NCBI GenBank assembly: GCA_010015585.1
Contig: ML975153.1
Length of the DNA: 64,000 nt
Strand: one strand, 5' to 3'
Source of the DNA: Eremomyces bilateralis CBS 781.70
Taxonomy: Eukaryota
In this document: piece by piece, positions 37,591 through 49,438 of the stretch
How the letters are laid out: each line of letters begins with the position of its first letter
How positions within the stretch are numbered: position 1 is the stretch's first letter
Notes under the pieces: model-generated
The model's database searches: none
Told to the model about the DNA's origin: nothing
The model's input: the letters and a program-made list of their open reading frames with translations, nothing else
Translations under genes and position numbers: made by a program

Positions 37591-39165
37591 CCTGGGAAGG
37601 CGCGGTATAAATTTTTCGAGGCACGCCTAAGAGGATGCCAGTCGTCGATCGGTAAGGTTGCGGTTTCTGCTGGTATAACTCCGGCTTCCGTGGCAAGTGA
37701 AAAGAGTGAATATGATAGTATTCCGCAGGAACGAGAGTCTTGCTAGGCTAAGGAACCAATGCCGCTCGGTAATGCCGTATCTTCCTGTCCCTCCGCAGTC
37801 TGAAAGCCGTTAAAGATCAACCAGAGCGCCTGCGTGTCGGCGGGCATAGTATATCGGCAGGAAGGAGGAGGGTATGGAGGAGAAGATTGGCGTTTGCAGC
37901 GTGGTCGCAGACGACGATGCGCGGAGTCGTGAAGACTGATGCAGTATATTCTAGAGAGTTGAACAAGCGAGAAGAGGCAGCGAGGTCACTATCAGATAGG
38001 ACTGGATATAGATATAGATCGTTTGAATACCCTTGCCCCCAGAAGGGTATCGAGAGAGCAGGCATGAACAATGGGACGCGGTGGTACAGTGGAAGGAGGG
38101 GAAGGTCAGGCTGAGAAAAGGTGGAGGTGAAGGTGGTGGTGGTGGTTATGGAGACTTGGTCAGGGAAAATCGCGACATGGCAATTGAGATTTCCGGCCTT
38201 TGTTGGTCGATCCGAGCCACAAGGCCGCAGCACGGCAATGGATTGGTTCAATCTTCAATCGTCATACTTAGCTAATCCCCTTGGCTCCCTTTCCATTCCC
38301 TTGGATTCACAGAATGGTTCCCATGCAATGGCTCCTCTCATATCGGCTATCCGAATTCTGGTATCGTGGCAGTGCATCAGTCACCCATCGGACTTCCGCT
38401 ATTACTATTCACTAGTGTACATACCCATATCTCCGGAGTACGGACAGGTCTGATAATGCTGATCATCACGACTCTATTGATTAATGTACTATACTAGGTA
38501 GACTTGGCTGGAGAAGAAATAAGAACCCAGATCGATTGCCGGAGACTTTCAAGTTTTGCTTATGCATATAAATTCTTATTTCCAAGGAATCTATGTACTA
38601 CGGATCGACAGAACTGCAGCCCTTATCGATCTTGAATCGGCACTATATACAGGAACCAGGAATGTGTGGAGCAACCAGATCCGTGTATTGTCACCTCCTC
38701 AGCTGCCAAAGACAAAGAAAGAAGTAAGGACCTGTCGCCAATCTGTATTACCACAATAGGAAGCCAATCCATATTAACGCCCCAAAGAAAGTTGCGAATC
38801 GAATCAGTTGAAAGCAATCGCATACACAAGGACTTGCCCGCAGACACAACACCCCTAAGACAGGTCGCCAATACCAAGGCTGAGGGATTCCGACTTTCCG
38901 GTACAATCGTCGGGTGGCTGCCACACCCACGTTTAGCTCTGACTCACTTCGGGTATATATGGTACAACTGAGGGCCAATGTTCTTTGTCCGCAGCAGCAA
39001 CAAACGGCGCATGCGACAGGCGCTTATCTTTCGTCAAATCACAAATCTCGAAGGGTTGCGCGCTGGCTGACCCAGTCTTTTCGCCTCGAATAGAGCCATT
39101 CCGATCCAAAACTCCGGTCGCTATCCAAAAGCATTCAATCGTCTATTTCGATCTCCGGCCACCTC

Positions 39166-40482
39166 TTACGGTTGGTTAGGATTCTGGGGCACTGGCGCAT
39201 ACATCTCGTGCACTGCCGAGGCCGGTTCATTGGGTGGGTCTCGCGTCGGCTTATTATCCCTATGGGTGGAGAAGAGAATGTTAGTTTGGCTCGTTCCTGG
39301 AGTAGAGCGATATGGACTTACTGTCCCGACACTGGGTTTTGGTAGACACCTCCGAAGTCCGCGAAGGTATCCCGATGGCTGTTTCGTGGGCTCCCTACAT
39401 CTGCCTCCTGCATGTAGCCAGGAGGAGGTGGAGAACTCACCCCGCTGTGGCGGAGTGAGTCCGCTTGGATGGGGACGAAGATGGTCCCGCCAGACTGGAA
39501 CGCCTGCGGCTCCGCTACACCACCGGGAGGGTGATATGTCGGATTGACGGTCGCAGAGCTCCGTGTCAGGGTATCTCGGAGAGATTTATTCCGGGCGACC
39601 AGCCACCAAAGCAACACTACGAGGACTACGGCCATAACGGAGCCTATAACGATGCCCGCAATGGCGCCACCTGAGAGTTTACTACCACCCGATGATCCAG
39701 AGCCGTTCGCGCCCGACGCGGAAGTCGATCCTGGACCCGCACTTCCAGTCGAAGTCGGTCCGCTCTCGGGTGGGAACGGCTCCCCTGGTTGAAGCATATA
39801 TGCTGCCTGTGCCGCTTCGTTCTTTTGAGTTCCCAAGACATCCGGAGAGTTCGGATTGATGACCCCAACCATCTGATAGTTAATACAGGACCCAGGTGCC
39901 GTGCAATAGAAGAAAATCGGTTCGGTATCGTTGATTTGGATCGAATATTCCGGTGGCTATCACGTATTAGCTGACGCACGGTGGATTCAGAAAGACGGAC
40001 TTACACTGGACAAGATCTTGTCAACCGGGCGGAAACCGGAAAAGAACATTCCGTTTTCGTCATCGTGGAACTTCTCCCACCCAACGCATGGGTGGTTATA
40101 TCTACAACGCGTCAATGGTGATGCCATGGGCAATCGACGGGAAGACTCACTCCGCTCGAGCAACCGAGTGATTGGCCGGGAAGAACTGAAACAAAACAGT
40201 ATCGCCGGCGGCTGCTTCGATGGAATCCGGCGTGAACTTGTGGTCGGCCTTGCCAACACTAATGATGTGAGTCGCCTTTCCCGGATTCGCGCTTCCGGTG
40301 CGTGACGCTGTGTTTGATGAAGATTGACGGGAAGCCGAAGTAGCGGAAGGCTTTCCAGTAACGAAATTCACCGTTGAACCCGTTGGAATTGCGTTATCGT
40401 TCGGTGCTTGTGGCATAGCCAAGACGACTGAGCCGACTGTTGCAAAGCCCCCGAGAAGCTGAGGGAAAGATAGAAACTTCAT
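39166..40482 (-). CDS. Signal peptide + cupredoxin-like domain + single TM membrane protein (extracellular Ser-rich family), 4 exons
   Basis: MKFLSFPQLLGGFATVGSVVLA signal; HKFTPDSIEAAAGDTVLFQFFPANHSVARAEYNHPC...FFSGF...INDTEPIFFYCTAPGSCINYQMVGVINP; LSGGAIAGIVIGSV TM; three GT-AG introns; TAA at 39168-39166. Confidence 0.85.
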
Positions 40483-43066
40483 GGCGACTCCAAAACGAAG
40501 GAAATGGTAATAGATCGGACGGATTGAAGATAGTGCTTCGTATACTATAACATTGCTCGACAAATAGACAGATGAAAAGTTGAGGAGTGATTATTGTCGA
40601 AGGTGTTAAGATCAGGACAGAAGAAACCAACACGTTCTCCTCAAAGTAAGCAGCTGTGGGGGCTGGGGATACAAAAGAATAAAATCGGCACCCCGAGGAC
40701 TGGCATCAGCGGGTCGGGAAACATGGCGTTATCTACTTGCAGCGGCCAGCGAGGCGATGCCCCCCTGTCATCCATGGCTGAGGCTGGCCGATGAAAAGGC
40801 TCCAAGCCTGAAGTCAAGCCATGATCCATCAGTGCTGGGCCAAGGAGCATCGTGGGATTTTTGAACGGGTCCGAGCCGTGAGCAGTCAAGGGTGAATGGA
40901 TGATGGCCGGGACCTGGGTACATGTACTAATAGAGTCTAATACCAAGTACGGAATATGGTGTCCATTATGGAGCGAGAAATATTACTACGTATGCACTGC
41001 GCTGTTAAAACTTAAAAGTCTCTTCTGTATTAGTTTCATTCCGTCACATTATACTACATAGTACTTACCTGCACCTGTAAAGAAGATCCTATCCCGATCC
41101 CGTAGGTGAGTAATGAATTCAGCGCTGTCCCAGCTCCAGAGAGTCCAGAGTCGAGAGATCTGCATAGAGACAAGGATACACCCCAACCCTTCCACCGACG
41201 GCAGGACTCAGGCATGTGTATCCCGTACAGTTTGGTGCCAGAAGTCTTGAGGACTTGAGCCTTATGCATCATACTATGTCGTAATTGCATCCATTTGTAA
41301 GGGAATGTGGCCGATCCCGTCGAAGGTTGCTAGCCTTGCTGCAATCAAACTGCAAACGGACATGGCAATTCATCTGCTCATGCAGGTGGGTTGCCCTTAC
41401 TGAGCAGAACATCAAATCACGGCCGGGGAAGAAATTGGTGGCTTCGTGAAGGGCTTCGTTGCTGTTGCGGGATTGTTGGAGGTTGAAACCCATTGGGAGA
41501 GGGAAAGTCAACTTCTGATGTTTTCGCCTTTCGGTACTTGAACGAGGCTAAAAACCCTAAAAATATGCTGACGGCCCAGCTCTTCTGCTAATTGCTGACG
41601 GATGCAGCCGGCCTTGTCCAATCTTCCATGTCGATCGGTCCAGCGGTCAAATCAGACATGCCTGAAGCCAATAATGCCATGCCTTCCCCATGGATACCTT
41701 TCTAGCTCTCACGGTCGCTGAATGCTAAGACTTGGGAGCTGAAGCCAAGCGTGAGTGTTTAATTCAAAGTTCCTTGATGTCAGCAATGCCACTCAGCACC
41801 AATTTATGCCACCATACCCCCTGGCAAGTGACAACTGAGGAAGATTCGACCTTTTGTCTGCGATCATTTCTCATTATGGTATTGAGACATTACTCATTAG
41901 CCATTTGGTATATAGGTCTAGCAATTAATCCCAAGGGTGAAAGTTATGCTTGTAGAAATCCGAATCGTCCCTCTGAGCTCAGCACTAATAGATGCTCTAT
42001 CTAATACACCCTGGCGGGGACCCCGAGCTCCGCCCCTAGAGGGCTGGAACCCGCCGTCCATGAGTCCATCAGTCTATGGATTCAATTTTCAATTCCCACT
42101 CCAGAGTGGAGCGATCAGCAGTGTAACTGTATGAACTGTGAACTGTGAGGCGGGAAGCCACTGTGAGCTGTGTGACATCGTGCTATCGCTAAGAAGTACG
42201 AAGTAAGCAGCCGTGGATCTCGGGAACCGATTTCTGGAAATAAGCCAGAAATAAGTACGGAAACTAGGGTTCTTGCATAACAGGATCCGCTGCTCGCCAT
42301 GCGGTTCTACCAGCCACCCGACGCAACGGAAAATAATGGTAGAAATATTCTGTACGAGGCCTCGCTAAGATATCGATTGGGTAGGCTTAGAGGACCTGCT
42401 CGGCATCCTTGCAACATACAGAATTTATATATTCCGGGCTCTAGCATCTACAGTAGTACCTAACGTGAAGTCACCGCCTCCAAAGAATCCCGCGCCGCCG
42501 ACTCCTCTAGACCCTCAAACATCATCGCCTCCTTACTAACCGAAGGGTACAACTTCTACCCACCAATTCTAAGCTGCTTCTAGTTCCAAACTACTTTCAT
42601 AGCATATAAAGCTTGAGACTTGGGAGGATACCGTTTTCCTTTGTTGGCCGGGAACAGAACGGGATATAAGGTGTAGTGAATGCTGCGAATAAACTCAAAC
42701 ATAGGTCACTGAGACTTAATATGGCGGCAAGCAGAGCAGGCCATGCCCGTAAATGAGACATCTCGTAGTAGCAGCCCCTCTGGCATTTCATGACCAGCTT
42801 CACACGCGGACTGCATCCCCATGAGTATTGAATCGATACGGTAAGAAGAGTGAAGACAGACAGTGCAAGGGTATCATTGACTGAAAGGCAAACGTTTGAT
42901 CAGTCAATCCGTTTTCCTCATATCCTCCGGACCCGGTTCACACCAGTACGCCATGATGAAAACCGTAAATACTCCTGAAATCGCCAATATCGCCATGCAA
43001 TTCCCGATTGCTGTCGTTCCCATAGAACACATTTTACACCATCCGGTCACGTCATTGCTCATTCCT

Positions 43067-45499
43067 TCATAGGATCGCGTCCAGGATCGTTTCCCTCAGT
43101 TGCTCGATCTTGGTGATCGACTTCTTCAATTCCACGTATCTCTCTTTCCAAACCTTCTCATCAACCTCATGATCTTGACCACTGCCGCCGTTCAAAGCTG
43201 CATCCGTATCCTCCGCTTGGGATAGAACGAGATCGCGCATACCGAACTCCCCGTCCGCGCAGCCCATCGTCGCTCTCCACGATACGTCCCAAATCTCTCG
43301 GACTTCTCGGGGAGGAATCATGGCATATTCTTCTTCGTCGTCGATCGGGCTCTCGAAGCCGTCATCATCGAACCGGAATCGTCGGACCTCCACTCGTTTC
43401 AGTGCAGCTCCCGAGTTTGGAAAGGTCACTCCGGCGCCATCAAATCGGGCCGTGGACAGATCAAATTTATCGCTGAGACCAAGCCATGATGCCGCCCGAA
43501 TTACATCGGTACGCTGAACAGACTCCCCGTTGTCGGGGCCATCTTCGCGGAGGGTACGTTGGATGCCCATTTTACTCAACATCTCCTCCGCAAGTGCTTT
43601 CGCTTCCGTGCTCTTCAATCGCTTCCTCCCGTTGCTCAGGCCCGACACGACGGCACGAAGAAGATCGGCCGAAAGGGCGCGTAACAGCAGACGTCGACAA
43701 TTGACCACCTGCGGTTCCCGTGCGTCGGCCTCGGACCCGGTTGCACGAGAAGGGGGGTCGAGAGATATGTCCCGCGCATCACCCGCGGCAGGGATGCTGC
43801 CGGGTGTGATTCCATTGTTCGATTTGCTACTCGTCTCTCCGTTCAATATAACTGCGGGTGCCACAAGATGAACCGGCCCACCGGTATGTTTGGGGACCTG
43901 AAGCTGCAGTCGTTCACGCGGACGTTCGGAACGCGTCGTGGGTGTCGCATTGGCCGAATTTTCCGCCACTGCCGACTGTGGTGTTGGGTCCGGATCCGGA
44001 CTAACGAAAGTATTATCCCCCAGAGCATCGGTAGATTTCGAAGATCGATCGGGTACGGTAAACGTATTTCGGACTTGTTCGGCCGGCGAACTCTCTCTCT
44101 GCCTCGGGTTCGCAGGGAAAGTACCAAACTGACCATTTTGCACGGCACGATTCGGAGGCCGACCCCTAAACCTCCCATTTGCCCCGGATCCCGTCGACCA
44201 GGCGGAGGAGACATTGGGATGGTGGGCTCTCTTTGGGCGCCGTTTCATGGACGGGGTCATGGCAGATCGGGGTTCTTCGAAATCTGGCTGTGGAACGGGT
44301 GGATCCATGGCAGACATAGGATGAGGCGTTATTGCGTCCTGCGCGTTGACCCGCCATTTGTAGGTTTGTGTGACAGATGCAGCCGACTGCGATGTCGGTG
44401 CGGGAAGCAGATGAGCAGGAACCAGGGCGGATCCAGGACCCCACGGATTGGCACTATTGATATATCCATCATCCGGGTGCGCGCTGAATGGAATAGCACT
44501 CGTTGGAAAATCGGCCTGGTCAAATGCGGTTGAATTCTGGAAGTCTAACGAGGTATCCAAATGGACCCGCTTCGGTGGTGGTGCGGATAACTTTTCGGCA
44601 TCATCATCATGTTCACCAATTTTTCTCCTTCCTTTCTTCGGTCTCAGTCGGGGATCGAGAGCTCGCAGTGCCGTGTCATCCTCTAAAGGAACCCCATCCC
44701 GAGACTCCGGGAGGGACTCATTCGCGGGGGGGAGTTTGGTGAAATATTCATGCGGCTTCCCATGTAGATATCCGAAGAATGCATCCACATGCAATGCACG
44801 CATCCACCGTTTCAAACGGACCGAATATTGTTGAACTTTTTGTGAACTCTGTCCTTCTTTCGGCTTCTCCACACCCAACTCTTGCACCAGCTCCGTCCAT
44901 GTCTTGATGTCCTTTCGATCCAATTTCCCAATCAATTCGAATAACGTCCACGTATTAAAGGCCTTGCCCTCATTCTCCGGAAGTTTTCGAAACCGCTCCC
45001 TTAACATGGACGTATCGGTAGAGAGGGGAAAGGAAGGGTTGCAGTAGAAGATGAACCCGACAAAAGCGTCTTCAATGCTGTTCTCGGTGACGCCTCGGGA
45101 AGGTAGCGATCGATCACTTGGTCTGAATAATGGAGATGGAATCTTCGGACGGTTCGGCGACAACATCGCGCTCGAGTACTGCGGGGGCGTTGACAAGGGT
45201 GGGGTCCTCGGAGGGCCGATGGAGACCTCGTTGAAAAAAGGTTGTGGCATAAGGTGAGGATCGATACTCACGCTTGAATCCGACAGGAAATGCGGAGATG
45301 AGGACGGTCTCATCTGTCTCCCTGCCGCTCCCATCTGGTCAAGTTCCAGTCTATGTTCGTCCGGAGGAATGCCATGATGTCGAAATTGCGGTTGAACATA
45401 GTTTTGAGAACTCCCAGTCGACGCACCATTATGGAAATGGGTTTGGTGCTGCGAGATTCGAATGGTATGATCTGCGTTGACTGAGTCGCTGAAATCCAT
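43067..45499 (-). CDS. abp2: ARS-binding protein 2 (Abp2) domain protein with AT-hook
   Basis: Intronless 810 aa; DAFVGFIFYCNP, WTLFELI..IKTWTELVQELGVEKP..GQSSQKVQQYSVRLKRWMRALHVDAFF; AT-hook RGRPP. Confidence 0.85.
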   Translation of the reverse strand: MDFSDSVNADHTIRISQHQTHFHNGASTGSSQNYVQPQFRHHGIPPDEHRLELDQMGAAGRQMRPSSSPHFLSDSSVSIDPHLMPQPFFNEVSIGPPRTPPLSTPPQYSSAMLSPNRPKIPSPLFRPSDRSLPSRGVTENSIEDAFVGFIFYCNPSFPLSTDTSMLRERFRKLPENEGKAFNTWTLFELIGKLDRKDIKTWTELVQELGVEKPKEGQSSQKVQQYSVRLKRWMRALHVDAFFGYLHGKPHEYFTKLPPANESLPESRDGVPLEDDTALRALDPRLRPKKGRRKIGEHDDDAEKLSAPPPKRVHLDTSLDFQNSTAFDQADFPTSAIPFSAHPDDGYINSANPWGPGSALVPAHLLPAPTSQSAASVTQTYKWRVNAQDAITPHPMSAMDPPVPQPDFEEPRSAMTPSMKRRPKRAHHPNVSSAWSTGSGANGRFRGRPPNRAVQNGQFGTFPANPRQRESSPAEQVRNTFTVPDRSSKSTDALGDNTFVSPDPDPTPQSAVAENSANATPTTRSERPRERLQLQVPKHTGGPVHLVAPAVILNGETSSKSNNGITPGSIPAAGDARDISLDPPSRATGSEADAREPQVVNCRRLLLRALSADLLRAVVSGLSNGRKRLKSTEAKALAEEMLSKMGIQRTLREDGPDNGESVQRTDVIRAASWLGLSDKFDLSTARFDGAGVTFPNSGAALKRVEVRRFRFDDDGFESPIDDEEEYAMIPPREVREIWDVSWRATMGCADGEFGMRDLVLSQAEDTDAALNGGSGQDHEVDEKVWKERYVELKKSITKIEQLRETILDAIL

Positions 45500-46661
45500 A
45501 GAGACTTTCCGGCGCGAGAGATGCGTAATGTAGCAGCGTCCAGTTCGGCATCGAAAGGCAACGCTGGTTTGGAACTTAAGATTTAAACCTTCAATAGGCT
45601 GACAAAGGCCTTAGGTTATAATGGATCTATTCAAGTTGTATAATCATCTCGACTTCTTGAACGAGTTTGTAAGTGCGCGCAGATACCGGACGGAAGAGAA
45701 CTGGGTGCCCAATATAAGCCAAGGATACATAGCATCCAGGTTCACGAACGATGTAGTCGGATGATTATACAGTAAGGTGGAATGATGCGGTAATAACAAC
45801 GCTGGACTTTATGAATATGACTAGGACTGAACTCGATGAAGTCCCCAGCCAGGCGTCTGGAGTTGCCTTCGGAGTTTAGAATTCAGATGAAGCAGAGGTG
45901 TCGTCAGGAACTCAGGTCGGTCTGAGTTCTGACGGTCTGAGGTCAGGGCCGGGGGTCCGGGGAAGCACCAGCCATATCGCAGGGGTCGATGTGGCGCCGA
46001 TGGGGCTAGTGCTTCTATTCTTAGAATCGTCTGTCTGACCCTTTCGTTCTATGCATGATGAAGTTAAGAGTCTTCAAACTGTTTACGGAGTACTATCATT
46101 TCCATTTCGACGCGGGGATAGCACGCGAAGAAACCGCGTGAATGTCACACCACTATTGGAAGGACCAGTGGCGAGGGTGTGTTGTTCCATTGAGCTATCG
46201 TCTAGACACCAGATACAATGGAAACCATCCTCCGCTATCCATGCCCTGACTCCTGCATTCCACTAGAAAGTCGGCCGAGTGTGGTTTGTGGTTTTCGGAT
46301 AGGTCTAGGGATAAATAATAACACCGGTAAGTCTATAATAGTACAGGTATATTCCAGAATTCATTCTGTTTCTTTCTTTGAGTTGCCTCTTGAATCGTTG
46401 GGCAACCGTACCAAGTTTTAACAAAACGGTCATGCATCGTACAACCAATCGTCCGGCATTATTTTTGAGGATTTTACCAGTCTCTACTATAATGGTTCGG
46501 TATAAGACAAATTTATCCATTCGTTTTCCTCAGTTCATCGTCTTTCATATCCCCCATCAAATCGCTTAAACGCCGATGTTGGTCGGATCGCGCTTTCTTC
46601 TGTTATAGGACGGCATGTTACTTCTAGATACACATCATCCGAGTATCTCTTCGTCAGCATC

Positions 46662-47515
46662 ATGGCCCCAATTTCGCGACTGATGCCATCAGTTCTAGTT
46701 GCTGCTTGGCAAGCCACAGGATCTCAATCCATACGATCAACGGCACTCAACCACCGCTCAATCTTACTGGCCACCACTTGAACGAATCTGCAATTACCGC
46801 AGAGAGTTCAATGGTTGCGAAGGCTATCAACAATGACAATGATACTCCCCTCACTCGGCTTCATCATCTGGACGCTTTGACTCTTCAGGGAATCGCTAAT
46901 CCAATCAACCCGAACAGAAGACCTGAAAATTCCCACATGAACACCGCAAACGACGAAAGGGTAAGGAATCCTTTGAACCCTACGATACCATTGAACCATC
47001 GATGGCGGACTTCACATGCGGATGGAGAAGTTTCTGGGGCGAAGAAGTTCGGACTCAGACAGGGCGATTGTCTCAGCAGCGAGATCACCACCGAAGAAAC
47101 CGAGAAGGCCATCGAATACTACTGCAAAAAAGGTATCAAGGTAACCGGAAATGACCAAAACTGGTCCGAAAGGTCGCGAGCGAGGCTTCAAGCACGGCAA
47201 TATTTTCCTCACGGGCGGAGCGTTCATGCATATATCGCAAGCATTCTGATGGACTCGGGAACCGATTACTACGTGGATCAGGAGACGTGCGAAACCCAAT
47301 TCGGGAAATTGGTCGATAGGTGTGCGGGACAAGGGCATGGAGTTGGCATGATGCGGCAGTGGCTTCCCGCCGAGGAAGGCCGGTGGATAGGGTTCGGTAT
47401 CAAAGCGAAGGTCGACGGCATGCCGTGGCATCGAAACCATGAGTATTCCAAGTATGTGAAACCTGGGATGTCGCGTGAGCCGGGTCTAGAAGTGCAGTGG
47501 ATGGGATCGGACTAG
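46662..47515 (+). pseudogene. Probable secreted Cys-containing protein with an apparent 1-nt frameshift after the signal peptide (alternatively a gene starting at ATG 46811)
   Basis: The ~270-codon frame 46706-47515 has no upstream ATG. ATG 46662 encodes MAPISRLMPSVLVA in another frame, and one added base after 46705 joins them. Sequons NGT, NLT, NES, NWS; C-terminal domain with 4 Cys. Confidence 0.45.
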
Positions 47516-48159
47516 AGATGATCACTTGCAATTCGGTTGACATGTATTTATTCCACCATGTCCTGTATCTACATGACTGTTGTCTCAGCGCCCCAATCAG
47601 TTTTGAAACATTCCAAACCTTGACACTGAACTTATTCCATCCGCTTTGAACCAATTTCGGTATTTCACCCGGTGCCGGCCTATTGCACTAGCCTCCGGGA
47701 TCTTACTTCGGTTTCACGTCCTCAATATTTTCGTGACGGTTTTCGCAGGCCATGCTTTTTTATGCCGACATGCTCCGACTTCTATTCCTCACGTCGAGTT
47801 TATATGACCAAAGAGGCGAATGAGCGAATGGGATGTTGAATGACGAGGGACAGCCTAGTGCCGAGGTTACAGCCAAGGCCGAGATTAGATGCTGCAACTC
47901 GCCCTGGATGTCTGGTGAGCTCATCGGGCTCATTACGCTTGAATGTTTTAATAATGGGATTTTATCGCATTCATTCCTCGTGGAACATCTTGGAAATTTG
48001 ATCTATCATCTCCTTTCTCCCCCGTGTCTACCATATTTCATTTTCTTTCCCTTCGCTCATTTTCTCCATTGAACCTCAGGATTTGTTGAATCTCCACCGT
48101 GATACCCCTCCGAAATACCGCACCCTACCAGCCTGATCCCCTGACGTACATCGGCAACC

Positions 48160-49438
48160 ATGTCGAACGTAAACAACGAGAAGAGGACCAACCTGCCAGT
48201 TGCGACGCCGAGTACGGCAGCACAACAGAGCGACAATGTTGCTCACGCCCTCGCCGGCGCTGGGGGAGGACTTCTCTCCATGGCCTTGACGTATGTGCCT
48301 TCCCGTCAAACCAGCATGTGAAATCCGCCGTATGACCGAATGGTCGCCTGATGCGCGGAACGAGAACAACCACAACTTTCATCCGGATTCCTCTCAACTA
48401 CCCGAACATGAACCCGATAAAGCATACAGATTCCTCCGGAATACGAGTACCGCGCTAACCAGCCTTCGCCTTTCAGATATCCTCTCATCACGCTCTCCAC
48501 CCGCGCCCAAGTCGAGTCGAAACGTGCACAAACCGGTACTTTAGACGCTGCGAAGCGCATCGTCCAAAGAGAAGGCCTTGCAGGTCTCTACGCTGGTCTT
48601 GATAGCGCCCTGTTTGGAATTAGCGTCACCAACTTCGTGTACTACTACTGTCAGTGCCTCCACCCTCCGCCCGTCGAATGCGCGACTTTCTAACGTTTCG
48701 CTATACGCAGGGTACGAATGGACTCGGTCAACTTTCGAGGCTGCTGCCGAAAAGGCTGGCCGGAGCAAAAAGCTTACCACGGTCGAAACCATGATCGCTG
48801 GAGCGGTCGCTGGCTCGGCCACCGTGCTCATCACCAACCCCATCTGGGTGGTCAACACCCGGATGACAGCACGCAAGTCCGATGCCGAGGAAGTCCTCCC
48901 TGGTGGAGCGGACGGTAAGCCCAAGAGGAAGCCGGGCACCCTCGCGACGTTCGCGGCCATCATCAAGGAAGAAGGATTCAGCAAGCTCTTCGCGGGCGTG
49001 CTTCCGGCCTTGGTGCTCGTCATCAACCCGATCCTACAATACACCTTCTTCGAACAGTTGAAGAACACGTTGGAAAAGAAGAGGAGGGTAACACCGACCG
49101 ACAGCTTCTACCTCGGTGCCCTCGGAAAACTGCTGGCCACCAGCATCACCTACCCTTACATCACGGTCAAGAGCCGAATGCACGTCGCCGGCAAAGACGG
49201 CCCGAAGGAAGGCATCTTCAGCAGCCTTAACCGAATCCTGAATGAGGAAGGATGGACCGGACTTTATGGAGGTAGGTGATAATACGGCCTGAGGTTGTTC
49301 TGAACTACTGACTGATGCGCTGCAGGCATTGGACCCAAGGTCACCCAGAGCGTGCTCACGGCGGCGCTCCTGTTCGCATTCAAGGATGCTCTGTATAACG
49401 TTACCGTCAAAGCCAGGCGATCCATCGCCAAGAAGTAA
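48160..49438 (+). CDS. PMP47: Peroxisomal adenine nucleotide/CoA carrier (PMP47/SLC25A17-type, mitochondrial carrier family), 4 exons
   Basis: Introns 48291-48476, 48650-48710 and 49272-49325; AHALAGAGGGLLSMALTYPLITLSTRAQV, TNPIWVVNTRM, LVINPILQYTFFEQLK, TYPYITVKSRM carrier signatures. Confidence 0.88.

Noticed and set aside
48291..48476. 186-nt PMP47 intron as a possible C/D snoRNA host
   Set aside because: A CTGA is present but there is no RTGATGA box C at a suitable distance.
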